From Chloroflexota bacterium (GTDB taxonomy: Bacteria; Chloroflexota; Limnocylindria; Limnocylindrales; CSP1-4): a stretch of 64,000 bases of DNA. The stretch spans positions 1,174-65,173 of the forward strand of contig JADMIG010000008.1 in the NCBI GenBank assembly GCA_015478725.1, written 5' to 3'. Both the position numbers and the translations under genes were made by a program. The notes under the pieces were generated by a model. That model was given only the letters and a program-made list of their open reading frames with translations, was not told the origin of the DNA and did not search any database. Of the stretch, positions 7,092 through 16,351 are shown one piece after another. The stretch's first letter is position 1. Each line of letters opens with the position of its first letter.

Positions 7092-8152
7092 TCGGCCGGG
7101 GGATCGCCGGGCGGATCGCACTCGCGGCACTCGCCTCGGCGGCGGTCGGCCTGCTCATCCTCGTGGCGGGCGTCCAGATCGTCGGCTCGCAGGTCTTCAC
7201 CCGGCTCATGGAGACCCACGGCAGTCAGGCGAGCGATGCGCAGGCGATGTTCGACCAGTCCGTCACGTGGGTCGTCGCCGTCGCGGCGGTCATCGCGATC
7301 CTCGCGAGCCTGATCCTGGCGATGGCTTTCGGCCGCCGGCTCGCCGGCCCGCTCGGACGGATTGGTGGAGCAGCGCGGCGCATCGCGGACGGCGACTACG
7401 GCGCTCGGGTGCCGCGTGACGGCCCGGAGGAGCTCGTGAGCCTCGCCGATTCCTTCAACCAGATGGCGGCCTCGCTCGAGGACCAGGAGCGGCTGCGACG
7501 GGATTTCATCGCGAACGCGGCCCACGAGCTCCGCACCCCGTTGACGAACCTGCAGGGCTATCTCGAGGCGCTTCGCGACGGCGTCATCACCGCGGACCGG
7601 GCGACGTACGTGTCGCTCTGGGAGGAGGCCGACCGTCTCGTCCGGCTGTCACGGTCGCTCGACACGCTCGCCGAGGGCGATGCCGCGGAGGGGCCGCCGA
7701 CGCTCGTCGAGGTGGATCTCGCGGCAGCGGTGCGGGCCGCTCTCGAGCGGGCAGCGCCGGCCGTCGAACGGGCCGGCCTGACGGTGACCCCCGAGCTGCC
7801 GGTCCGACTTCCGGCCCGGGCGGACCCGGACCACCTGAGCCGGATCCTCGACAACCTCGTCTCGAACGCCGTGCGCTACACACCGGCCGGAGGCAGCGTC
7901 GTCGTCCGTGCCGAACGACGTCCGGCGGACTCGCTCGTGTCCATCTCGAACACCGGCGACGAGATCCCGCCGGACGATCTGGGCCGAGTCTTCGAGCGCT
8001 TCTATCGGGTCGAGAAATCGCGCGACCGGGCGCGCGGCGGGGCTGGGATCGGGCTGGCCATCGTCAAGCAGCTCGTGGAGGCGGGCGGCGGACGCGTCGG
8101 CGTCGAATCGCGCGAGGGTCTCACGCGATTCTGGTTCAGCCTGCCGGCCTGA
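7088..8152 (+). CDS. Sensor histidine kinase (TM-HAMP-HisKA-HATPase)
   Basis: FIANAAHELRTPLTNL is the H-box. DNLVSNAVRYTP and GGAGIGLAIVKQLVEAGGG are the N and G boxes. An ATGA overlap couples it to the upstream regulator. Confidence 0.92.
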   Translation: MIGRGIAGRIALAALASAAVGLLILVAGVQIVGSQVFTRLMETHGSQASDAQAMFDQSVTWVVAVAAVIAILASLILAMAFGRRLAGPLGRIGGAARRIADGDYGARVPRDGPEELVSLADSFNQMAASLEDQERLRRDFIANAAHELRTPLTNLQGYLEALRDGVITADRATYVSLWEEADRLVRLSRSLDTLAEGDAAEGPPTLVEVDLAAAVRAALERAAPAVERAGLTVTPELPVRLPARADPDHLSRILDNLVSNAVRYTPAGGSVVVRAERRPADSLVSISNTGDEIPPDDLGRVFERFYRVEKSRDRARGGAGIGLAIVKQLVEAGGGRVGVESREGLTRFWFSLPA

Positions 8153-8237
8153 GACGCGCCGGGCGGCCACACCGGAACGCGACCGAGCCCGTGCTACACT
8201 CTCGCCCGGTCGGCCCTCCGCGGACGCCGCGCCCCGT

Positions 8238-8313
8238 GGGGATGTAGCTCAGCTGGAAGAGCACCGCGTTCGCATCGCGGGGGTCAGGGGTTCGAGTCCC
8301 CTCATCTCCACCA
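8238..8313 (+). tRNA. tRNA-Ala (anticodon CGC)
   Basis: It folds by hand into a 76-nt cloverleaf with acceptor GGGGATG/CATCTCC and G3:U70. The anticodon loop is TTCGCAT, the T-loop is TTCGAGT, and CCA is encoded. Confidence 0.9.
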
Positions 8314-9844
8314 TTCCCTTCTGTTCGCGAACCGCATCCTCTCCTTCCCATGCCCCCGGCGACACCGGCGCCCTCGGCACCCGGTAGGTCGGTCGGATGT
8401 CGGTCGGCGACACGACCCGGATCTCCTCGATCAGGAGGCGCAGCAGCGCCTTGGTGCGCGGCGTCGGGATCTGCTCCAGGATCTCACCAAGGGCCTCGCT
8501 GAGCGACCAGGAGATGAAGGCGATCTCGTCGGGACCGATTGCCTGCTCGGTCACACCGTCTGGGAGAGCCGCCCGTTCGTCCTCGATCGTCCGGATGCGA
8601 GCCTGGAGGCCCTCCACCCGCTCCCGGCAGAGCTCCGGGCTCAGCTGCCCGGCTTCGAAGCTCGCGAAGTAGCGATCGATCCGGACCCGCAGCTCGGCGG
8701 CCTCGGCGTCGAGCGCGACTCGCTTTTCGGCATGGGCGACCTCGGACGTGCGCAGCGCGGCCTCCATCTCCTCGATGGCCGCGCCGATCAATGAGGTGTC
8801 GGCGTAGACCTCGCTCATCTGTCCGAGGATCGCCTTCTCCAACTCGTCCTTGGGCAGGCGCGCCTGATCGCAGCCCGCGCGCCCGTAGCGGCTCCGGGCG
8901 TAGCAGGTGTAGTAGGCGTAGCGGCGACCACCGCGGCCCCGTGCGGCCGCACCGATGAGGCGATGGCCGCAGCGGTCGCACACGATGGGGAGGCCGGAGA
9001 GGAGGTAGTCCGACCCGTCGGTGCGGCGCGAGCCGGGCTCCGCGGCGCGCCGTGCCAGGATCGCGCCGGCCGCATCGAACAGCCCTTGCTCCACGAGCGG
9101 CTCGTGATGCCCGATGTACCAGACGCCGCGGAACGGCACCTCGCCGAGATAGACCCGGTTGCGCAGGATGTCGAGGATCGCCGTGCGCGACCAGAGGTGG
9201 CCGTAGCGGGTGCGCAGGCCACGGGCGTTCAGCGCAGCCGCGATGACCGTCGAGCCTTGCCGATCTTCCGCGTAGCGGTGGAAGATCTCGCGCAGCACCG
9301 GGGCCGCCGCCGGATCGGGCGAGAGGCCGGCCGTCCCGTCGAGCTTGCGGTACCCGAAGGGGTACGTCCCGACCGTCCACCCGCCGCTCTTCGCCTTGCG
9401 CTCCATGCCCGCGGCGATGCGCTCGACGATCGAGGAACGCTCGAACTGGGCGAAGACGCCCAGCATCTGCATCATCATGAGCCCGGCAGGGGTGGCGGTG
9501 TCGAAGGGCTCGGTGGCCGAGCGGAAGGCGACCCCCACCACCTGGAGCTCCTCGATGAGGGTCCCGAGCTGGGCCAGGTTGCGGCTCAGCCGATCAACCC
9601 GATAGGTGAGGAGCAGGTCGAACCCGCCCGCGGCCGCGGCCGCCCGCGCCGCCGCGAGGTCGGGACGCTCCAGGCTCTTGCCGGAGGCCCGGTCAACGTA
9701 GCGGGCGACGATGTGCCAGCCGGGCTGGCTCGCGACATACGCGTCGAGGCGGTCGCTCTGGGCGCCGAGCGAGTAGGGCTGGTTCGTCTCGTCGGTGCTG
9801 ATGCGGCAGTACGTCGCGACCCGCACGGGCGCATCCGCGCTCAC
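8249..9844 (-). CDS. Large serine recombinase (resolvase domain + recombinase domain + zinc ribbon + coiled coil)
   Basis: VATYCRISTDETNQPYSLGAQ...YRVDRLSRN is the catalytic Ser region. IVCDRCGHRL...YYTCYARSRYGRAGC is the zinc beta-ribbon. The GTG start at 9844 overlaps the upstream stop as GTGA. The ORF has no stop until 8249, inside the tRNA-Ala gene, so its tail ...MVEMRGLEPLTPAMRTRCSSS is the antisense of the tRNA. Confidence 0.9.
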   Translation of the reverse strand: MSADAPVRVATYCRISTDETNQPYSLGAQSDRLDAYVASQPGWHIVARYVDRASGKSLERPDLAAARAAAAAGGFDLLLTYRVDRLSRNLAQLGTLIEELQVVGVAFRSATEPFDTATPAGLMMMQMLGVFAQFERSSIVERIAAGMERKAKSGGWTVGTYPFGYRKLDGTAGLSPDPAAAPVLREIFHRYAEDRQGSTVIAAALNARGLRTRYGHLWSRTAILDILRNRVYLGEVPFRGVWYIGHHEPLVEQGLFDAAGAILARRAAEPGSRRTDGSDYLLSGLPIVCDRCGHRLIGAAARGRGGRRYAYYTCYARSRYGRAGCDQARLPKDELEKAILGQMSEVYADTSLIGAAIEEMEAALRTSEVAHAEKRVALDAEAAELRVRIDRYFASFEAGQLSPELCRERVEGLQARIRTIEDERAALPDGVTEQAIGPDEIAFISWSLSEALGEILEQIPTPRTKALLRLLIEEIRVVSPTDIRPTYRVPRAPVSPGAWEGEDAVREQKGMVEMRGLEPLTPAMRTRCSSS

Positions 9845-10116
9845 GGCGTCTCCTCCCCGCCCTCGGTCGCCAGCTGCGCGATGCTCGTCCCGAGGAGCCG
9901 GGCAGCGTCGTCCGCATCGGACTCGGACAGCGGGGCGAACCCGGGGGCGCCGAGCCGGATCGTCCGCGCCACCGGCTTGCTCGGTACGAGCCGCTTCACG
10001 GCGGCCCCCACGATCGCGACGAGGATGAGCAGCAACACGATCGCGAGGTCGAGCGCGCGGTTGTCCCACGGTGGCCCGGAGCCGCTCGGAGGGGTGGCGG
10101 CGTCCCGTTCGTTCAC
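9841..10116 (-). CDS. 91-aa single-TM protein, unknown function (recombinase operon)
   Basis: VNERDAATPPSGSGPPWDNRALDLAIVLLLILVAIVGAAVKRLVPSK... It has GTGA overlaps at both ends (10113-10116 and 9841-9844). Confidence 0.55.
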   Translation of the reverse strand: MNERDAATPPSGSGPPWDNRALDLAIVLLLILVAIVGAAVKRLVPSKPVARTIRLGAPGFAPLSESDADDAARLLGTSIAQLATEGGEETP

Positions 10117-10718
10117 TTCGCGGCCTCCGGCACGCTCGGCGTCGACCGCCAGAAGAGCAGGCTGTAGTTCTGGCCGAACGTCGCCTTCGGCCGGTAGCCG
10201 TGCGGCTTGTGGTAGACGTGGGCGCCGCCCTTCTCGCCCGCTTGCTCGGCCCACTCGGCCTCTGGCGCGTACTTGCCACACGCCGCGCAGAAGGCGTGAT
10301 GGGGCACGAGCGCCGCGAGGCGGCGGGCCTCGCCCTGCGCCGCGGTGAGGTCGCGCCGCGCGCTCGCGAGATCCTCCTTTGCCTGCCGGAGGTCGGCCCT
10401 CGCCAACTTGAGGACGGCGCGTTCATCGCGCAGCTGCGAGGTAGTCGCCTTCAGCTCGTCGCGCAGCGTGCGCCCCGCGGCCAGCTGCGCCGCGGTCGCG
10501 GCTGCCTCGACCGCGGCCGCGTCACGCCCTTGCTCCAGCTCGGCAACGTGCCCCCGCAGCGTCTCCAGCTCGCCGCTCTCCAAGAGCCGCAGGCCATCGA
10601 GGATCGCCCGCCGCTTCGTGCCGCGGCTGAGCCCCAGACGATCCAGGAGATCCGACTCGGTTGGCGTGAACTCGACCAGGAAGCGGCGCTTGTACCGGTC
10701 GGCCGGTGGTGGTTGCAT
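10113..10718 (-). CDS. Ribbon-helix-helix-like + coiled-coil protein with C-terminal Cys/His cluster, unknown function
   Basis: The N-terminus KRRFLVEFTPTESDLLDRLGLSRGTKRRAILDGLRLLE shows an RHH pattern. The middle has heptad-like, Ala/Arg/Glu-rich repeats. The C-terminus is HHAFCAACGKY...HVYHKPHGY. An AT-rich TATATA/TATAGT element lies immediately upstream. Confidence 0.65.
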   Translation of the reverse strand: MQPPPADRYKRRFLVEFTPTESDLLDRLGLSRGTKRRAILDGLRLLESGELETLRGHVAELEQGRDAAAVEAAATAAQLAAGRTLRDELKATTSQLRDERAVLKLARADLRQAKEDLASARRDLTAAQGEARRLAALVPHHAFCAACGKYAPEAEWAEQAGEKGGAHVYHKPHGYRPKATFGQNYSLLFWRSTPSVPEAAK

Positions 10719-11447
10719 AGACTATATATACCACATACAGTCCATCGCAGAGAGCGGCCGGTGGGCCGTAGATACGGGCGAACCCCAGGAGACGGCAGGG
10801 TGAACGCGGATTGGACCGGTAGCCGGTAGGAGATCGCCGGTGAGGCGGTAGGCGATCCGGCCAGCGACCCGCTGCGAGACCGAGACCGCCGCTCGATCCG
10901 CGATGACCGACGTCGACCCCGCCCCCTCCTGCGCCGGGGCCGCCACAGTCGGACCCGGTCGCGCGCTCTCATACGGCCACCCTGTTGACGATTCACGTCC
11001 CCTCCGCCCGCGCGACCCGTCCCGAAAAGGGAGCCTCCCACGACCGTCCGATTCGCGCGGAGGCGCGCCCCGCTCCCAGACCTCCCCAAAGGAGGGGTGG
11101 GTCCTTCCGGAACGGGCGACCTTGCGCGGGGGCGCCCAAGTGCGCTCACCCGGCTGGGTCCGCTCGCCAACACGATGACCGCCACCCATCGTGCACTGTA
11201 CGAGCGCCTGACGGTGGCACGACGTGGACATGCCGGGGCCGCATCGGCCTACCGGAGAACGTCGCGGTTCCAGCCCGCCCCACTTCGCGGACTTCGTCGA
11301 CGGGACCGCAGGGTGATCGGCCAGACGACCACCCTGCATAGTCAGGTGGCTCTCCGGAGGCGATAGCCGCGTCACTGATACGCCGCGCCCGCTCAGGGTC
11401 CTGAACATCTCGTCTCCACGAACCACCCGAACCAAGATGCAAGGATC

Positions 11448-12062
11448 GTGGCCCGCCGTGCGTATGAGGAGCATGAGGATCCCGACGAAGGCCGCCGCGG
11501 CGTCATGAACGACGACGATCCGCGGCGGGCCGCGGTCGAACGGGCCTACCGGGCGCACGCCGATGACGTCTATCGCGTGGCGTATGCGATCCTCCGGGAC
11601 CCCGACGCCGCCGCGGACACGACCCACGACGCGTTCGCCCGGGCCTATGAGCGGTGGGACCAGTACGACGCGAACCGTCCGCTCCGGCCGTGGCTTCACG
11701 CGATCGTCGGCCATCTGGCGCTCGACGCCCTCCGCCGACGCCGCGTCCACGAGCGGACGATGCCGTTCCTCCGGCACGTCGCGGAGATCGCGGCGATCGC
11801 GCCGATCGATCTGGCCGCGGGCCCGGAGATGGCGATGGCCCGTCGCGACACCGTCGACGTGGGCCTCGGGATGCTCAGCCCGACGGCACGGGCCGCGATC
11901 GTCCTCCGCCACTACTACGGCTACGACTACGTCGAGATCGGGACGTTCCTCGGCACGAGCGCCGGCAACGTCGGCTCGATCCTCAGCCGCGCCCACGCCG
12001 AGCTGCGACGGCGCCTTTCGGACGATGCCCCCGCCGACCGGCTCGGCCGTTCGGCGGTCTGA
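11448..12062 (+). CDS. ECF-type RNA polymerase sigma-70 factor
   Basis: DVYRVAYAILRDPDAAADTTHDAFARAYERW is region 2. ARAAIVLRHYYGYDYVEIGTFLGTSAGNVGSILSRAHAELRR is region 4. The start could alternatively be ATG 11505. Confidence 0.88.
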   Translation: MARRAYEEHEDPDEGRRGVMNDDDPRRAAVERAYRAHADDVYRVAYAILRDPDAAADTTHDAFARAYERWDQYDANRPLRPWLHAIVGHLALDALRRRRVHERTMPFLRHVAEIAAIAPIDLAAGPEMAMARRDTVDVGLGMLSPTARAAIVLRHYYGYDYVEIGTFLGTSAGNVGSILSRAHAELRRRLSDDAPADRLGRSAV

Positions 12063-12084
12063 CCTCGCGACCACGGAGACGACG

Positions 12085-13851
12085 ATGACGAACGATCGAC
12101 GGAAGACCGACCCACGCCTCGACGACGACGCCCTGGGCGACCTTGTCCGAAAGGCGGTCGAAGGATGGCGCATGCCGCCGGAGCGGCTCCACGCCACGAC
12201 GTGGCGGGAGCGGATCGGACCGCGCACCGGTCGCTCGTCGTGGGGTCGCGGCCCGCGCGGTGGGGCTCGCTGGCTCAGCCGCCTCGGGGCCGCCACGTCC
12301 GCGGCGATCGTGGCTGCCGTCCTCCTTGCCCTCGTCGCGGTGTGGCTCGGTTCGAACCGCCCCGCGTCCGTCGGCGTCCCGGCGACGCATTCGCCATCCC
12401 AGGTCGCCGGTGCGGGGAAGACGCCGGTCCCGACCGCCAATCCCGTCTCGTTCCCGCCGGGCTCGTCGGAGCCGACTGCGGGTCCGTTGCCAGCCTTCGC
12501 CCTCTCCGGGCCGCCGCTCGCCGGCCGGGTGATCGCCGGGGCCGGCCAGGGGTTCGTGGCGATCGATCTCGCGACCGGGTCGGCGGGCGCCGATCTCGTT
12601 CCGGGTGCCACCTACGGTTCTCGGCTCTTCCATCGTCCGGGCGGTGGGTTGATCTGCGCCTGCCAGGCGTTCGCCTCAACCGACTTCGTCAGCGGGACCA
12701 TGACGATCGAGATCCGCGTCATCGCCGCTGCGGGCGGGACCGTTCAGCGGATCCCGGTCGAGACGCTCATCGGGAACACCGATCCGTACGCGGGTGGTTA
12801 CGACACTGCCGGCGTCGTCACGACCGCCGACCTCAGCCCGGACGGACGGACGGTGTACGTCGCCTGGGCGTACCGGACGAGTCCGCTCTGGCACCTCGGC
12901 ATCGACGTTGTCGATCTCGGGAGCAGGACGGTCGTCCAGAGGATGCGACTCGCCGATCGACCGTCGATCGTGTCCGGATCGCCAGTCGGGATGTGGTTCT
13001 CCGCCCTGCGCGCCGCCCCCGACGGATCGAGCGCGATGCTCTCGATCGTCGGCCTCGATGGTGCGGCGGGGATCACGCGCGTCCTGGCGACGATCGCCGG
13101 CGGCCGGATCGCGGGCACGACGACCCTGCCGGTCTCGACCCCCACGGTCGGAGGGACTGCCTGCACCGCCGTGGGCGCTGAGGGATGGGCGACCGCGCGG
13201 TCGTACTACGCCGTGTGCGCCGGACCGGTGGCCGCAGTCGTCATCGTCGATCTCGCCGGACGCACCATCGCCTCGCAGTGGCTCGCCGGCACCGGCCAGT
13301 CGCTCGCGGCCTTCGCGGGAGCCGATGTCGTCGATCGGGTCGCCGGCCTCCTCTATCACTGGGATCCGTTCGCCCGGACCGTCACCCGGGTCGACCTCGC
13401 GACCGGTCGGATCACCGGCACGGCAACCGCCGCCCAGGCGGATACGGGCGGCGGCGGGCCGCTCGGCGTCCTCGGCGATCTCGGCCGGACCATCGCGGGC
13501 TGGATCGCACCGCAGGCGACGGCGAAGGTCTTCCTCCAGCCGGGACTCGCGCTCGCGCCGGACGGCTCGCGGATCTATGCCCTCGGCGTGGCGTCGAGCG
13601 GATCGGGTTCGTCGGGCGTCGACGTCTTCGACACCCGGACGATGACGCAGCTCGACCACTGGGCGCCGGTCGCGGATCTCATCTCGATCGCGGTGAGCCC
13701 GGACGGCCGATACGTGTATGTCGCGGGCGCGCCGGGTGGGAATTCCAGTCAGACATACCCTGCCTCGCTCGAGGTCTACGACACGTCCAACGGCGCGCTC
13801 CATCTCGTGGCAGGCGATCTCGGCTCAACGTATCTCGCCCTGGTTCCCTGA
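12085..13851 (+). CDS. Membrane-anchored putative anti-sigma factor with extracytoplasmic beta-propeller (YVTN-like repeats)
   Basis: It lies directly downstream of the ECF sigma, with a GGAGACGACG SD. A single TM is AIVAAVLLALVAVWLG. Repeated SPDGRTVYVA / APDGSRIYAL / SPDGRYVYVAG motifs are present. It uses an in-frame internal start of track ORF 11563..13851. Confidence 0.7.
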   Translation: MTNDRRKTDPRLDDDALGDLVRKAVEGWRMPPERLHATTWRERIGPRTGRSSWGRGPRGGARWLSRLGAATSAAIVAAVLLALVAVWLGSNRPASVGVPATHSPSQVAGAGKTPVPTANPVSFPPGSSEPTAGPLPAFALSGPPLAGRVIAGAGQGFVAIDLATGSAGADLVPGATYGSRLFHRPGGGLICACQAFASTDFVSGTMTIEIRVIAAAGGTVQRIPVETLIGNTDPYAGGYDTAGVVTTADLSPDGRTVYVAWAYRTSPLWHLGIDVVDLGSRTVVQRMRLADRPSIVSGSPVGMWFSALRAAPDGSSAMLSIVGLDGAAGITRVLATIAGGRIAGTTTLPVSTPTVGGTACTAVGAEGWATARSYYAVCAGPVAAVVIVDLAGRTIASQWLAGTGQSLAAFAGADVVDRVAGLLYHWDPFARTVTRVDLATGRITGTATAAQADTGGGGPLGVLGDLGRTIAGWIAPQATAKVFLQPGLALAPDGSRIYALGVASSGSGSSGVDVFDTRTMTQLDHWAPVADLISIAVSPDGRYVYVAGAPGGNSSQTYPASLEVYDTSNGALHLVAGDLGSTYLALVP

Positions 13852-14256
13852 GGCGGCGTGAGGGCGTAGGGAACAGGCAGGCGGCAGTCGCGCAGTCGAC
13901 GTAGCCTGAGCTCGCCGGGGTGCGGAGCGGACGGGTCGGTGGCCCTCGGCAAGCTCGAGAGCGACGCCACGTTCGCCCACGTCATCACCGCGGGAGTGGA
14001 TCACCACCAGCTGGATCGACCTAGCCGGGCTGGTGCGGTCCCTGCCACGATCTGGCGGGGGGCCGCCGAGCTAGTTGTGAGTCCGCGCCGCGATCGAGGG
14101 GCGTCACGACGGGGATGCGCGATATCGGCCTCTTGCCGCCCATGACGGTCGTCGCGGGCGACCTGGCGACGATGCTCGTGAACGACCCGATAGGTCCGCG
14201 CGACCGTCGCGGCGAGGATGCTGGCGACGAACGATGGATACATCCGGAGCATCCGG

Positions 14257-15345
14257 CTAGTGTGCCGAGTCCAAGGTCCGCCGACAAAACCGCGCCACGC
14301 TGGCGAGGATCTGGTCGGCGCTCCTGGTCCAGATGAAGGGCTTGGGGTTCTCGTTGTAGATCGCGAGGTAGGCGAGGATGGCCGCCTTGAGTTCGGCCGT
14401 GCTGCGGTGGGAGCCGCGGCGGATCTGCTTCTCGGTGAGGAGCGCGAAGAACCGCTCGACGAGGTTGAGCCAGGAGGCGCTCGTGGGCGTGAAGTGGAGG
14501 TGGTAGCGGGGGTGGCCGACGAGCCAGCGCCGGATGAGCGCCGTCTTGTGGGTGCCGTAGTTGTCGAGGATGACGTGGACCTCGAGCTCGGGCGGCACGC
14601 TCGCCTCGATCGTGTCGAGGAACGAGCGGAACTCGACTGCCCGGTGACGCCCGTGGCACTCGCCGATCACTTGGCCGGTCGCCACGTCGAGGGCGGCGAA
14701 CAGGCTCGTCGTGCCATGGCGCTCGTAGTCGTGGGTATGGCGCTCGACCTGGCCGGGCCGCATCGGCAGCATCGGCGCCGTCCGGTCGAGGGCCTGGATC
14801 TGGCTCTTCTCGTCGACGCTCAACACGAGGGCCCGCTCGGGCGGGGCGAGGTACAGCCCCACGATGTCGCGGACCTTCTCGATGAACAAGGGATCGGTAC
14901 TCAGCTTGAACGTCTCGCTCCGGTGAGGTTGGAGGGCGAAGGCCCGCCAGATCCGGCTGATCGAGCTCTGGCTGAAGCCGGTGGTGGCGGCCATCGAGCG
15001 GGTGCTCCAGTGGGTGGCGTCACGCGGCGCCGACTCAAGCGTGATCGCGATGACCCGCTCGACGTCGGCGTCGCCGATCGTCCGCGGGGCGCCCGGCCGC
15101 GGTTCGTCGAGCAGGCCGTCGAGGCGCCCGGCGAGGAACCGGCGCCGCCACTTGCCGACGGTCGGCTCGGTGATCCGCAGTGTCGCGGCGATGTCCTTGT
15201 TCGAGCGGCCCTCGGCGGCCCCGAGCACGATGCGCGCCCGGACAGCCAGCGCCTGGGCCGTCGTCGGCCGGCGTGTCCACTCGGTCAGCCTCGCCTGTTC
15301 CTCCGCCGTCACGGTGAGCTCCTCGAGGGGGCGTCCCCTGGGCAT
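14257..15345 (-). CDS. IS630-family transposase (HTH + DDE)
   Basis: [27 protein letters not shown]...[14 protein letters not shown]...[11 protein letters not shown]...[17 protein letters not shown]. The full-length ORF is 362 aa. Confidence 0.93.
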   Translation of the reverse strand: MPRGRPLEELTVTAEEQARLTEWTRRPTTAQALAVRARIVLGAAEGRSNKDIAATLRITEPTVGKWRRRFLAGRLDGLLDEPRPGAPRTIGDADVERVIAITLESAPRDATHWSTRSMAATTGFSQSSISRIWRAFALQPHRSETFKLSTDPLFIEKVRDIVGLYLAPPERALVLSVDEKSQIQALDRTAPMLPMRPGQVERHTHDYERHGTTSLFAALDVATGQVIGECHGRHRAVEFRSFLDTIEASVPPELEVHVILDNYGTHKTALIRRWLVGHPRYHLHFTPTSASWLNLVERFFALLTEKQIRRGSHRSTAELKAAILAYLAIYNENPKPFIWTRSADQILASVARFCRRTLDSAH

Positions 15346-15416
15346 GGCATCCTCCCGGTTCGTGCGGCCACGAGAGATGCCTCTATTATATCACACACTT
15401 CTGACTCAGGACACTA
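14258..15416 (-). mobile_element. IS630-family insertion sequence, apparently intact, with TA target duplication in a CTAG site
   Basis: Imperfect terminal inverted repeats are GTGTGCCGAGTC (14260-) and GACTCAGGACAC (-15414), matching 10/12. Both are flanked by TA (14258-9 and 15415-6) within C-TA...TA-G. A single transposase ORF lies inside. Confidence 0.85.
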
Positions 15417-15629
15417 GACTCGCCAATGGCCCCCGCCTCTCCCCCGCACCGGACGCTCCGCTCTTCGCGGAGGATGGGACTCACCGGGCGACCGGGGACC
15501 GCTCGTCGCGTTCGGCACGTCCCGACGTTCCCGTGCGTCACTGGGAACGAGATGCCGCCGGAGTGTGCTCGAATGGAACATCGCCGCGAGACCGAGGATC
15601 TCCCACCGACCACGCGCGTGAAGCCGGCA

Positions 15630-16142
15630 ATGCGCGGGCGTGCGCTGCCCCTTCCGTCGCTCGTGCCGCTGGTCGGCGCACTCGGCGTCCTCCTCGGGTT
15701 CATCCTCGCGCCCAAGGGAGTCCCGCTCCCCGCGCCGAGCCCCGTGGCAATCGCGGCAGCCTCGCCCTCGTCCACAGACGCGCCGCGGGCCATCCTCGAG
15801 CCCACGGCCGTCCAGAGCGCCGAGCTTCCACCGGGTGGCGGCCTCCCGTTGGCGCAGGCGTTGGCGGCGATGGGGGGGTGGGGGATTTGGGGGATGGGTG
15901 TGTCGCCGACGGCCGTCATCTCGGCGCGGATCGTCCGGTATTCGGACGTCTCATCCTTCCACGTGTCCCGCAACCGGGGGGTCTGGGCGATCGTGACCCG
16001 GGGGACGTTCCCGTCGATCTCCTGCGGCGGCCTCCGTCCGGGGACCCCGGCACCCTGCCCTGCGCCGGCGACGACCGAGCTGCTCGTCCTAGACTACCAC
16101 CCGGGCTTCTTCCTGGAGAGCACGATCCCGGCGCCCCCATGA
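15630..16142 (+). CDS. Hypothetical membrane-anchored/secreted protein (170 aa)
   Basis: MRGRALPLPSLVPLVGALGVLLGFILAPKG is an N-terminal signal/TM. The frame has high GC3. It uses an in-frame internal start of track ORF 15426..16142. I recognise no family. Confidence 0.5.
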   Translation: MRGRALPLPSLVPLVGALGVLLGFILAPKGVPLPAPSPVAIAAASPSSTDAPRAILEPTAVQSAELPPGGGLPLAQALAAMGGWGIWGMGVSPTAVISARIVRYSDVSSFHVSRNRGVWAIVTRGTFPSISCGGLRPGTPAPCPAPATTELLVLDYHPGFFLESTIPAPP

Positions 16143-16351
16143 CCGTCCGTACGACGCTTCTTCCTCGCGTGACGCCTTCATCGTCGCCACGGCCGAGGCG
16201 GCGTCGTCCTGACGAGGTTCTCGGGGCCGAGCGACGGCGTCGGGACCAAGATCCCGAGGGCGACGCTCAGTTTCAGCGCATAACTGCGCACATTCTCGGG
16301 TCGGCGGCCGCGCTCCAGGCGCTCACGAGTGCACCGCGTGCTGCCGGACGC

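Noticed and set aside
8202-8207. TACACT hexamers upstream of both tRNA-Ala genes (8202-8207 and 31557-31562), considered as shared -10 elements
   Set aside because: The distances to the mature 5' ends differ (about 30 vs 15 nt), and I found no consistent -35. This is too weak to annotate as promoters.
10719-11447. Checked the 730-bp spacer by eye for RNase P, tmRNA, SRP RNA or tRNA-like signatures
   Set aside because: On neither strand did I find a GGAAAGUCC-type P4 motif, a tRNA-like 3' end with a tag ORF, or a GGAAGCAGC SRP domain IV motif. It stays an unassigned non-coding region, and a covariance-model scan is needed.
10722-12611. 629-aa minus-strand ORF spanning the non-coding spacer and the ECF sigma gene
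   Set aside because: It is antisense to a well-supported sigma/anti-sigma pair, and its composition is junk-like. The portion in the 10.7-11.4 kb spacer lacks the GC3 bias of real genes.
13852-14256. 83-aa ORF (14001..14252, minus) starting 5 nt from the IS630 end, considered as the remnant of a gene disrupted by the IS
   Set aside because: I reconstructed the pre-insertion sequence. The ORF then fuses only to a junk-like frame antisense to the 15630-16142 gene. I recognise no family motif, so I leave the 400-bp region unassigned.
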